Shown here piece by piece: positions 41,009 through 52,197 of a stretch of DNA of 64,000 nucleotides. The number at the start of each line of letters is the position of its first letter. Position 1 is the first letter of the stretch. The notes under the pieces were generated by a model. That model was not told the DNA's origin and did not search any database. It saw nothing but the letters and a program-made list of their open reading frames with translations. A program made the translations under genes and the position numbers. The stretch is from Octopus sinensis (Eukaryota), in the NCBI RefSeq assembly GCF_006345805.1, contig NC_043016.1:11470001-11534000 (forward strand), read 5' to 3'.

Positions 41009-41390
41009 CATCATCATCATTGTTCGACCGTGGTCAAGACAATGGAATTTACTATGTTACGCCAGACTTCACGGTCCATCATAGCATTACGGAGGTCCTG
41101 TTGCTGGATGCCTGTATCCCTGGAGATTACATCAGGATAGGAGAGTGTGCGCCCTCTGGTATTGCGAGTAGATGGCTTCCAGAGGAGAAGAGTAGAAATT
41201 ACTTCTTTTTCAGCTCTACAACAATGTCCAGCAAACTGGACTCTTCTACCTTTCACAAGAGATGACACAGGTGGTAATTTCCCATATATTTGCATTTTGG
41301 TTGGATGGCGCTTCCACGAGAGATTTTGAGCTCTCATAAGGAGGCGAGTGTAGGTTCCATCCAACCGCCTTTCAAGCTTCTTTGATAACA
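41009..41390 (-). mobile_element. RTE-clade LINE, 5'-truncated, with 12-bp TSD
   Basis: Open ORF ...RLDGTYTRLLMRAQN..GRRVQFAGHCCR..MMDREVWR..; (TGA)n tail; agtttcatatat at 40997-41008 and 41391-41402. Confidence 0.85.
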
Positions 41391-42074
41391 AGTTTCATAT
41401 ATACTGGGGAGAACACATTTCATCTGGACATGTGATTTGTAAGTATATGTCATTGCTGAGATCAAAAGTGGTTGAAACATATCTGGTGTTCTTGAGAACC
41501 CCAGCTGGAACCATGTCTGTCATGCTCTATTCTGTAACATTTTTTAACACAGCATGTCTATGAATGAATTTTCTCTCAGCAAAAGCCACAGCATCATCCT
41601 TTTCAAGGTATATATACATAAAGTCTGATACACAGATGGCTAATTCAATTTAATGATTTTCCAATTGCATACATTAAGTGTGTGTGCATATAGGTGCAGG
41701 GTTGGATGTGTGGTAAGAAGTGTGTGTTGTGTCCCAACCATGTGGTTCTGGGTTCAGTTCCACTGCATGGTACTTGAGGTGTTTTCTACTATTTCTCTCA
41801 ACTGACCAAAGCCTTGTGGGTGGATTTACTAAACAAAAACTGAAAGAAGCTTGTTATATTCTTTCATTCTTACACTTGTTTCAGTCATTTGACTGCAGCC
41901 ATGATGGAGCACCGCCTTTAGTTGAAAAAACCGACCCCAGGACTTATTCTTTGCAAGCCTAGTACTTATTCTGTAGGTCTCTTGCCAAACCACTAACTTA
42001 TGGGGGCGTAAACACACCATCATCGCTTGGCACGCTATGGTGGGGGTACAAACAAAGACACAAATAACAAATAT

Positions 42075-42110
<36 letters not shown>

Positions 42111-42628
42111 GACGGGCTTCTTTCAGTTTCTGTCTACCAGATCCACTCACAAGGCTTTGGCTGGCCTGAGGCTATAGTAGAAGACACTTGCCCAAGGTGC
42201 CACACAGTGGGACTGAATCTGGAACCATGTAGTTTGTAAGCAAGCTACTTACCACAAAACCTGAAATTTTTGAGGAGAAGCCAGTCAGTTAGATCGACTC
42301 TAGTATGCAACTGGTACTTAATTTATCAACTCCAAAAGGATGAAAGGCAAAGTCAACCATGGCGAAATTTAATATACAAAAAATAACCCTTTCATTACTG
42401 TATTTAGTTTGAGATGCTCTGTTTTTCTCTCAATTGTTTTAAATATAACAAAGAATTTAGTAAAATGACTTAGTTATCATGGGAAGTTAGTGTTAGGAAC
42501 ATAAACTGTGACTAAGGTTTGTTGGAAAATTTTAATTCAGAACTTTTGAAAACAAAACATTTGTACTACAGAGTCAGTGCCAGTTTTAGCCAGTTTGGTA
42601 ACAAAAGGGTACAAAAGAACTATATATA

Positions 42629-43001
42629 TCTTTATATATAAAAGTGAAGTTGTGTGAGTGTCTGTCTCCTAAGATTTAGATTCCTATCTACTCCCACATT
42701 TTGCGGTGCAGTTTAACCAAGTATCTTATAGTCGTGATTCATATCGAGCCTTTCTGGGTATTAGCGCGCGTCTACGATTTAAAAAATAATTTACCATCAT
42801 TTTTTTCCATTTTAATGCATTTTTTCGCTATTAAATAAGGGAAGTAACTCTCTAAAAATGTCTACGATGAGTCAGCAATTTAAAAAAAAATTTACCATCA
42901 CTTTTTTCCCATTTTTTTGCTATTTTTGGCTATAACTCTCTAAAAATGCATATATAGTTATTTCCCTTACAAACCCGAGCAACGCCGGGCGATACTGCTA
43001 G
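42629..43001 (+). mobile_element. Non-autonomous Helitron (second copy)
   Basis: A|TC...cccgagcaacgccgggcgatactgCTAG|T; same family as 764-1154. Confidence 0.85.
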
Positions 43002-43248
43002 TTTACGTATAAAAAGCTTACACAGAATAGAAATGACAGAAATACTTTTCTGTGTAAGATCTTTTTATATATACTTTTATATATATTTCTTTTGTATTCA
43101 ATATTTTTTGTATACTAACTTGCATATACATACATTTATTTACTCCTCTACCCACTCCAGTTTAAAGCTCTTGAGCACTGTTAGATGCATTCTATATGGG
43201 GAATATCGGATTCTCCTCTATGAACTATATATATATATATATATATAT

Positions 43249-44280
43249 ATCATCATCATCATCGTTTAACGTCCGTTCTCCATGCTAGCATGGGTTGGAC
43301 GGTTCGACCGGGGATCTGGGAAGCCATAAGGCTGCACCAGGCTCCAGTCTTATCTGGCAATGTTTCTACAGCTGGATGCCCTTCCTAACGCCAACCACTC
43401 CGTGAGTGTAGTGGGTGCTTTTTACGTGCCACCTGCACAGGTGCCAGGCGAGGCTGGCAACGGCCACGGTCGGATTGGTGTATTTTATGTGCCACCAGCA
43501 CGGAACCAGTCGAGGCGGTGCTGGCATCGGCCACGATTCGGATAGTGCTTTTTATGTACCACCAGACCAGGGATCCTGGCTGGTTCAATGCGGTTTCGAT
43601 TTCGCTTGCCCCAACATGTCTTCGCAAGTAGAGGGGGTTGGCATGGGTGCCTGTCGTCGGATGAGGTTCTATATCGACTTCGCTTGCCTCAACAGGTCTT
43701 TGTGTCCAAGGGAGGAAAGGCATTCATAAGTGGGCTGGGCTCACTTGTCCTGCCTGGTCTTCTCATATATATATATATGGACTACCTCAGTCCATCTAAA
43801 TGTATATATTTGTCGTTACCTGTCATAAAAAGCCTTTTTTTTATTTGCAATGTGCATTTTCGTTGATTTTTCATATTTTACCCTTACATCGAAATCGGAA
43901 TCGAAATTGAACCAATCCTATGACTGGCACCCGGCAGATGCCAGGACCCCTGGACTGGTGGTACGTAAAAAGCACTATCCGAATCGTGGCCGAAGCCAGC
44001 GCCGCCTCGACTGGCTTCCGTGCCGGTGGCACGTAAAATGCACCAATCCGACCGTGGCCATTGCCAGCCTCGCCTGGCACCTGTGCGGGTGGCACGTAAA
44101 AAGCACCCACTACACTCACGGAGTGTTTGGCGTTAGGAAGAGCATCCAGCTGTAGAAACATTGCCAGATCAGACTGGAGCCTGGTGCAGCCTTCTGGCTT
44201 CCCAGATCCCAGTTGAACCGTCCAACCCATGCTAGCATGGAGAACGGATGTTAAACGATGATGATGATGATGATGATGAT
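43249..44280. repeat. Two RTE 3' ends in inverted orientation
   Basis: 43261-43580 is a close reverse complement of 43940-44260. Other RTE tails at about 17196-17357, 22938-23250, 53403-53532, 55670-55982, 59005-59260. Confidence 0.85.
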
Positions 44281-44323
44281 TTCTATGTGTATTTTATATT
44301 TTCTTTTTGTAACATATTTCTAT

Positions 44324-44378
<55 letters not shown>

Positions 44379-44768
44379 GGCATTGGAGTGGCTGTGTGGT
44401 AAGTAGCTTGCTTACAAACGACATGGTTTCGGGTTCAGTCCCACTGCATGGCACCTTGGGCAAGTGTCTTCTACTATAGCAGCGGGCCAAACAAAGCCTT
44501 GTGAGTGGATTTGGTAGATGGAAATGGAAAGAAGCCCATCGTATATATATGTGTGTGTGCGTGTGTGTGTGTATGTTTGTCCCCCCCCCCCCCCATCGAT
44601 TGACAACCGATGGTGGTGTGTTTACGCTCCTGTATCTTAGTGGTTCGGCAAAAGAGACTGATAGAATAAGCACTAGGCTTACAAAGAATAATTCCTGCAG
44701 CCAATTTGCTTGACCTAAAGGTGGTCTCCAGCATCGCCACAGTCAGATGACTGAAACAAGTAAAAGAG

Positions 44769-44813
<45 letters not shown>

Positions 44814-44928
44814 ATATACACATATATATATATATACAATATTACACATATATATATATACACATATACACATATATATATATACACATATACACATATA
44901 CACATACATACATACATACATACATACA

Positions 44929-45176
44929 TAGGGTTGGTGCATGATTATGCGGCTTTTTTTCAACTAATTTTATTCAACGAAAACAATAACATGTAACAAA
45001 GACATCTTTAAATGATTATTCCGGAGCATATTCACCATCTACTTCAATTACTGCTTCCCATTTGCTTGGCAGATGGTCAGACCATCATTTAGAGATGACT
45101 TTGTTAAATATTGCTATTGTTTTTGTCGAATAAAATTTTTTGAAAAAAACCCACAATAATTATGCACCAACACAAA
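44929..45176 (-). mobile_element. Mariner-derived MITE
   Basis: TIRs gttggtgcatgattat / ataattatgcaccaac; minus strand encodes LPSKWEAVIEVDGEY, a mariner C-terminus. Confidence 0.7.
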
Positions 45177-45354
45177 ATATACACATACACACACACACAC
45201 ACAGAAAGAGAGATTAAATCTGCTATTGTTCCTGGAAGTTGCTTTTTTATATGTTCTATGGGCTGCTTGAAGCTTACTAACTTCCTACACCTGGCTCCTT
45301 GGTTCTTACTTTTACATATCATTATACATACATACATATATATATATATTCGCC

Positions 45355-45545
45355 ATGATAGATTGCTAGCCACTACACATTCTTTATTTTCTCTCTTTGT
45401 TTCTTTCTGTGTTCCTTTCTGTGGAAGAGCGTAGGCTCGAAAGATTAAATACTTTTTCACTTCCCAAGCATCAAACTAATACATCTGTTTGTTGTCTACA
45501 CCACCTGTCTTCGTCTTTTGATTTTTTTTCGTGAATTCTCCCTAT
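45355..45545 (+). mobile_element. Decayed copy of the CTGTNGA HHR-bearing element
   Basis: CTGTGGA-a-gagc gtag gctc-GAAA at 45419-45442 (stem III damaged). Flanks resemble 46050-46215 and 57450-57640; a further decayed copy is at about 30670-30805. Confidence 0.55.
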
Positions 45546-45551
45546 ATATAT

Positions 45552-45838
45552 ATTGGGCAAGGACGATGTACTGTAATAGCTTGGGTTTTAAGGGCCCACA
45601 ACTGTTTAACTCTCTGCCGAAGCATCTGAGGAGCCTCCATGGAGTGAATGTAGACGTTTTCAAATGTGAACTTGACCTCTGGCTTGAGCCAATATCTAAG
45701 CAAGAAACTCAAAAGAGGTCAGTAACATTGAATTCCATCCTTTACCAAAAAGCCACTCCAACAAAGGTAGAAAGATGATCACAATGGCAGTGCTCCAGCA
45801 TGGCCACAGTCAATTGGACTGAAACATATAAAAGAATA
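45552..45838 (+). mobile_element. CR1/L2-like LINE 3' end
   Basis: NSLGFKGPQLFNSLPKHLR...VDVFKCELDLWL; tail ggcagtgctccagcatggccacagtc...actgaaac is shared with SINE family A. Confidence 0.75.
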
Positions 45839-46087
45839 TACATATATACATACACACTCACACACACACAGGTGATGTTAAATAGGAAACTTTAAAATGT
45901 AGTATTCAAACCCTGTTTTGGGTATATCCCTCCTTTGTAGTGTACCTTGAGGGCATGTTCACCACTTACAGCTACCAGGCATCATACACGGTACTGCACT
46001 TTAGTCACAGTATCATGTATGACGTCCAGTACCTGTATGTGTGTGTGTGTATTTTTTTTCTCTTCTCTCCTTGATTTTTCTGTGTCC

Positions 46088-46123
46088 CTTTCTGTCGAAG
46101 AGCATAGGCTCGAAACGTAAAAG
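46088..46123 (+). ncRNA. Minimal HHR-like motif, CTGTCGA core
   Basis: cttt-CTGTCGA-a-gagc atag gctc-GAAAC-GTA-aaag. Stem III reduced to the ACGT palindrome. Confidence 0.6.
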
Positions 46124-46289
46124 ACTTTTTCTATTCCTGAGCGCTATACTAATACATCTGTTTGTTTGTACACCACCTGCCTTCGTCTTTTGTTTATTTT
46201 CGTAAACTTCCCTTTATACACACCACACACCACACACACACACACCACACACACACACACAACACACACACACACCACACACACACACA

Positions 46290-46322
<33 letters not shown>

Positions 46323-46692
46323 GGCACACCTCAACTTATATTGGTTATAGGTTCAAAGATAGCAACTGAATTTGGACAAAACCATAGCCTAACATAAAGA
46401 CAGTTTTAAAATCTTTATTAGCTTATATTTGTTTTAATGAATGGCTTGTGCATATTTTCACAAGTATTTTATTTGATTTAATTTGATTTACTGCTTTAGT
46501 ATTGGTTTTCAAGTGGGGTTTTTGTTTTGTTTTGCTTAATATCTGATTTTTTTCTTAAAATAACTTTGCTGTGAGCAACATAAAATTAGATAAATCAATC
46601 GAAGTTGAGGTTTATTTCTTTAAAAGAAAAGCAACATAAAGTTGAAAAAAAAAAGTGTAGCCCAAAATGGCGTATGGTGAGGTATATCTGTG

Positions 46693-46742
<50 letters not shown>

Positions 46743-47285
46743 GAAATGTGTGTATGTGTATATGCATATATGTGTATGCGTGTATGGATATATGTGTATG
46801 CGTGTATGGATATGTGTATGCGTGTATGGATATGTGTATGCGTGTATGGATATGTGTATGTGTGTATGTATGTATGTGTACATGTGCATATGTATGTAAA
46901 TATGTGTATGAATGAATACATCTGGTTCACAAGACAGGAGGTTTGTGTTTATTAATTGTAAACATATTCCTACACATTATAATCAACAGCTTGTCAGAAT
47001 GCATTTATAAACTTAGCAGAAGTTACTAAACAAAATTTGTTTAATAATAATAATAATAATAATCCTTTCTACTATAGGCACAAGGCCTGAAATTTAGTGG
47101 GAGGGGACCAGTCTATTACATTGACCCCCGTGTTTCACTGCTACTTATTTTATCAACTCCAAAAGGATGAAAGATAAAGTCGACCTGAGCAGAATTTGAA
47201 CTTAGAACATAAAGACAGACAAATGCTGGTGGGCATTTTGCCCAACCTGCTAACAATTCTGCCAAGTTTGCCATAATAATAATAA

Positions 47286-47997
47286 TAACAATATCATCAT
47301 GAAAGAAAGAGAAAAGGTTGATAAATATGAAAACCTGAGAATTGAGATTGCTAAGATGTGGCAGCCACGAGAGTCAGACATAAAGGTTATTCCTATTGTC
47401 ATCAGAGCATTGGGTTCAATCTCAAAAAAACATCTGAAAATTTTAGAAATACCCTACAATCTAGGTGTATTACAAAAGTCGGCATTACTTGGAACGCACA
47501 CATCTCTATATATATAAACGGCAAAATGTCTGTGTGTGAGTGTGTCCTTTATACAAATCCACAATTTTTCAGTTAGAGGGCTCGCAATTTCTATGGTCAT
47601 TCAAAACTTTCCAAGGGTGGTCGTACACATCTTTACATTTCCCCAATCAACCCGCAAAGCCATTAAAAAATCAATAGAAGTGACTTTTTTCTGAATTTTC
47701 TATCCAAAATGCCCAAAACTTGATACGCCAATTGAATGCCAGCTAGCTGTATGTAATTGGTCGGAGATTTGGACAGTACTCGCGTGTATGTGTGCACGCA
47801 CGCAGCTGTATATGCATGCACTAGCACTCTGACCCAGCAACACCAGGTCATAGTGCTAGTATTGGATAAAGTACTGTCTGAGGTCCTTGTTGTGACTTGA
47901 CAAATAGTACAAACCCCTGGTAGACACAATATCTTCAATCAAGAACCTCACAATATTGTATACTGTGTGACATCTATAATAATAATAATAGTAATAG
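47286..47997 (+). mobile_element. R4/Dong-like LINE 3' end (restriction-like endonuclease C-terminus)
   Basis: KEREKVDKYENLRIEIAKMW...VIPIVIRALGSI...QKSALLGT, resuming after the Helitron as ..HILDKVLS; (TAA)n tail and (TAA)n upstream. Confidence 0.8.
47503..47859 (+). mobile_element. Non-autonomous Helitron nested in a LINE
   Basis: A|TCTCTATATATATAAA...gacccagcaacaccaggtcatagtgCTAG|T; interrupts the LINE reading frame. Confidence 0.75.
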
Positions 47998-47999
47998 TT

Positions 48000-48383
48000 T
48001 ATTCTTTTATTAGCCACAAGGGCTCACATACAAAACATTAAATAACATACAACATAAAAGACAAAAACAAGATGATACAATGGGTTTTCGAATGCATACA
48101 ATGTAATAACAATAAAAATTGAAATTAAAACTCCCAGTAGGGAAGGTGCTTTAATGTCCATGGAAAAACCCATAAAAACCATAGGTGCCTGAACAATGGG
48201 GCAAGAGCCCTTCTCCTTTGATTTCACTTTTACAGGTGCACACTCAGAACTGGTCCTTTCACACTGGCCATTCTTCCAACATTCACCCATCTTTCAACAA
48301 ACTTGCTACAAGGCAACACTTCTCTCTCTGCCTACAACTTCCTATTCAAGTGAAATTTGAAAAAGTTAATGAGGGCCTGGCCA
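48000..48383 (-). mobile_element. L1/Tx1-like LINE 3' end, decayed
   Basis: Minus strand GQALINFFKFHLNRKL*AEREVLPCSKFVERWVNVGRMA; tail gagcccttgtggctaataaaagaata. Confidence 0.5.
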
Positions 48384-48384
48384 A

Positions 48385-49050
48385 AGAGGAAATTTAGTGA
48401 GAGGGGCTGGTCGATAACATTAACCCCAATGCTCAGTGCTAGGCTAGTAATTATTTCATTGACTCCAAACAGGTGAAAGACAAAGTTTACTTCAGCAGAA
48501 TTTGAACTCAGAACTTAAAGTCCGATGAAATGGTGCCTAGCATTTTGTCCAATATGCAAATGATTCTGCTGATTCACTGACTTAATAATGGTTTCAAATT
48601 TTGGCACAAGGCCAGCAATTTCAGGAAATTGGGTAAGTTGATTACATCAACCCCCTGCATTTAACTGATGCTTATTTTATCAAACCCGAAAGGATGAAAG
48701 GCAAAGTCAACCTCATCAGAATTTTGAACTCAGACCATAAAGATGGATAAAATGCTGCTTAACGTTTTACCCGGTGTGCTAATGGTTCTGCCAGCTCATA
48801 ACCAGAAGAACGATGATGATGATAATGATAATAATAATCCTTTCTACAAAAGGCACAAGGCCTGGAATTTGTGGGGAGGGGATTAGTCATTTACATCAAC
48901 CCAAATGTTTCACTGGTAATTAATTTAACAACCCTGAAAGGATGAAAGCAAAGTCGACCTCAGCAGGATTTGAACTCAGAATGTAGTGGCAAGCAAAATA
49001 CTGCTAAGCATTTCATCCAGTACACTAATGATTCTGCCAGCTCACCACCT
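48385..49050 (-). mobile_element. Three head-to-tail SINE family B copies
   Basis: Three successive gatgaaag(g)caaagt..gaactcaga units separated by (AAT)/(GAT) tails. Confidence 0.75.
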
Positions 49051-49191
49051 TAATAATAGTAATAATAATAATAAGACACACCAGGAAAAAATGACTAAGC
49101 AACTGTGTGTATGAATGCAAACAAATGGAGTGAACAAGGCTTGTCAACCAAATAGTATGGTGTCAGAACTCAAAGCACTTCACTTCTTTTG

Positions 49192-49250
49192 AGCTCTGAT
49201 GAAGCATTCAATGAGTGCATTGTATCTTCTAGCAGAAACAGCTGTAAGCT
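49192..49250 (+). ncRNA. Type I hammerhead ribozyme (weak stem II)
   Basis: agct-CTGATGA-agc...gca-GAAAC-agct-GTA-agct. Same ACAGCTGT stem III as 52027. Confidence 0.65.
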
Positions 49251-50101
49251 AATGAAGTTGATTGCATAATTTCTTATTGTCTTGACATCTATTTAATTTC
49301 TTATATGTATATACATGTATACATATGTCTGTGTGTGTGTGTGTGTGCATGTATATTTGGTCAATTAAACTAATGCCCCCACGTCTTGGCTGCTACTTGG
49401 TCTTATTGAGTTCAGAGGAATTAAAGCCAAAGTTTACCTTGTTAGAGTTTAAACTCAGAATGTAAAGTGCCAGTGGTACTGCAAAGCATTTTCCTAGGAT
49501 TTTGCAATCATTCTGTTTTTTTTTTTCTTTTTTTTTCTTCTAACATGGGTATAGGGTTTGAAATTAGTGTGTATGAGATCATTATTAGGGTTAGTCAGTT
49601 ATACATCCAAACTCCAGCAGTTGATTTGGGAGAAAAAGAAACAGGAAGAAAAGGTGCGGTGGTGGTGGTGGCGGCAATGGCAGGTTGCAAGATGATTTGA
49701 AATTTGAAGGCATTAGTGTCAAGTCTTTCCTGTGTGGTTGGGTTTTTTGTTGTTGTTGTTGTTGTTTTTTGTTGCTGTTTTCTTTTTCTGTTCTTGCAAA
49801 CACTGACAACATCTGATGATATTTATTTTGATCGCTTATAAATATTTGTGAAATCTTACATAAAATAGAACAGATGCTCAAATAATTTTTTAAAAAAACA
49901 ACAACAAATAAACAAAAATAAATATATAAGCTAATGTAACATTTTCTTTCTCTTCCTTTTTTTTTTAATTTTATGTTTTTTTTTGTTTTACTAAATGAAA
50001 TTATCCTGATTAATCAAATTTCAAAACTTATTCAAGCATCCATTAAGATGTGAATTTGTTATGAATATAACATTTCTACTTAACAAAGGAAATATAATAA
50101 T

Positions 50102-50144
<43 letters not shown>

Positions 50145-51240
50145 GTGATATTAGTAATAGTAGTAGTATTAGTAGTAGCAGTAGTCATAGTAAGATTAAA
50201 TAAAAACGACAACACAAAAACAGATCATAATACATACCCAAGGCATACAGAGACGTGTTTGGTAGTGCACTGAAAGCACGCAATATAAATAAGACAATTG
50301 AATAATAATAATTATAACGACCACAATAATAATTATAACAACGATGATGATGATGATTAATGTTGTGGCAAGTGTATAAAAGAGCATACAAATCCACCTG
50401 GTGCTTTGTTTCGTTTTTATCGTACTTATCACAAATCAGTAGAGAAAAATATTTTGTAATGGAATTTGTGGAGAAAGATATCCAATGGAGCTTACAATAC
50501 AAAGTTAAATCTGTCTTCGAATCATGCACAGACGTGTTTGACTCACTCACCATGCATGAGTGGTTTATTATATATATATATATATATATATACATATGAT
50601 ATGATATAAATTAATGAAATTAACCATTTTTTAAAGTAGATTTTCCTATTGATTACACTATTTACAAGCAGAAATCACTGTTGCTACTTATATCCACGTT
50701 GTATGCGTTAAATCAACTCGATTATCATTGTTAATTCCAGTCTTGGAATGAATACCTGGAGAAAATCTAAGGAACATTGCTACATCATCTCTTCTTTGAT
50801 GACCTACTCGACCAGTTCCGTACTTTAACCCTTCAGCATTCAGATTATTCTGTAAAATGTAGTTTCTTATTTATTCTTCTATTCATTCTGGTCAACCCCA
50901 GGACTTACTCTTTGTAAGCCTATTACTCATTCTATTGGTCTCTTTCGCCAAATCATTGAGTTTCACCAAATCATTATGGGGGACATAAACACACCAACAG
51001 CAGTTGTCAAGCAATGGTGGGGGGGGGGACAAAGACAAACACACACACATACATACATACATAAATGTTCTAAAATCTTCATAGCCTTGGTTTTTTTTTA
51101 TCTCATTTTTAAAAAAGAATTTTTATATATACACACGCTAATATATGACCTACGTTGGACTCCTTATTTGCGTAATCACCAGACCTGGAGCTTAACTATA
51201 GTCTATCAATAGCACTTACTCAGCATTACCTCTCATAACC

Positions 51241-51272
<32 letters not shown>

Positions 51273-52026
51273 CATATATCTATGGGTGTGTGCGCGTATG
51301 TATATCAATATACACTTCTTTCTTTCTCTGATACAATAAACACCTCCATCTATTTTTAGAAACTTGACCATTATATCTTATTCTTCCTTTTTGAGGTTTA
51401 ATACTTTCTTTAATAACCACCACCACCCCCTGTACCATTTTCTGTACCCATCTTAGTGCTTTTCAAACATATCACCCCACCCCCACTCCTCACACATATT
51501 CATTCCTTTACATTCTTATCTCTTCCTATCCCTCCCCTACTCCTCTCCCATCCCCCCTCGTAATATCTTGACCACCAACTAACACCCCTTGTTTTCATTT
51601 TTTTTCCTTTTCTCTTCCTCTTTCTCTTTCTTTCACCTATTCCTTTTGACCATTTTAACATACACAACTTTTCTCTCCTCTCTATCTACTTAATACTACT
51701 ACTACTACTACATTCTCAAACTTTCACTCACACTGCAAGACTCCTTTGAATGAACAGTGCATGGAATCTATATTCCCACAATTTCCATTTGTAGTGACAA
51801 AATATGAACTCCTATTGGAATTTACATACCATGGACAAGAAGTATTTCTACCACTTCTGCCCACCACTTTCCTTGGATAATGGAACTGCAACTATAATAT
51901 CCTACATATATTTTAATTTTTACTTTTATTCTCTTATTTCCCTTTATATTTCTTATTTTTCACCCTTTTCCAAAATAACTCCTTATACTGAATTTTACTA
52001 TTCCCTCTATTTAACCACCTCACATC

Positions 52027-52074
52027 GTCTCTGATGAAGGAATATCCCTAATTTTCCAGAAACAGCTGTAAGAT
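52027..52074 (+). ncRNA. Type I hammerhead ribozyme, canonical core, palindromic stem III
   Basis: gtct-CTGATGA-a-ggaa...ttcc-a-GAAAC-agct-GTA-agat. Stem III ACAGCTGT is self-complementary. Confidence 0.8.
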
Positions 52075-52131
52075 TTTCTCTTTATAAATGTCTTGAAAAT
52101 TCCACACAGCCTTGGCTTTGTTGTCTCATTT

Positions 52132-52197
<66 letters not shown>

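Noticed and set aside
49813-49870. CTGATGA followed by a hairpin and GAAA
   Set aside because: Extra bases before GAAA and no stem I or III pairing; not an HHR.
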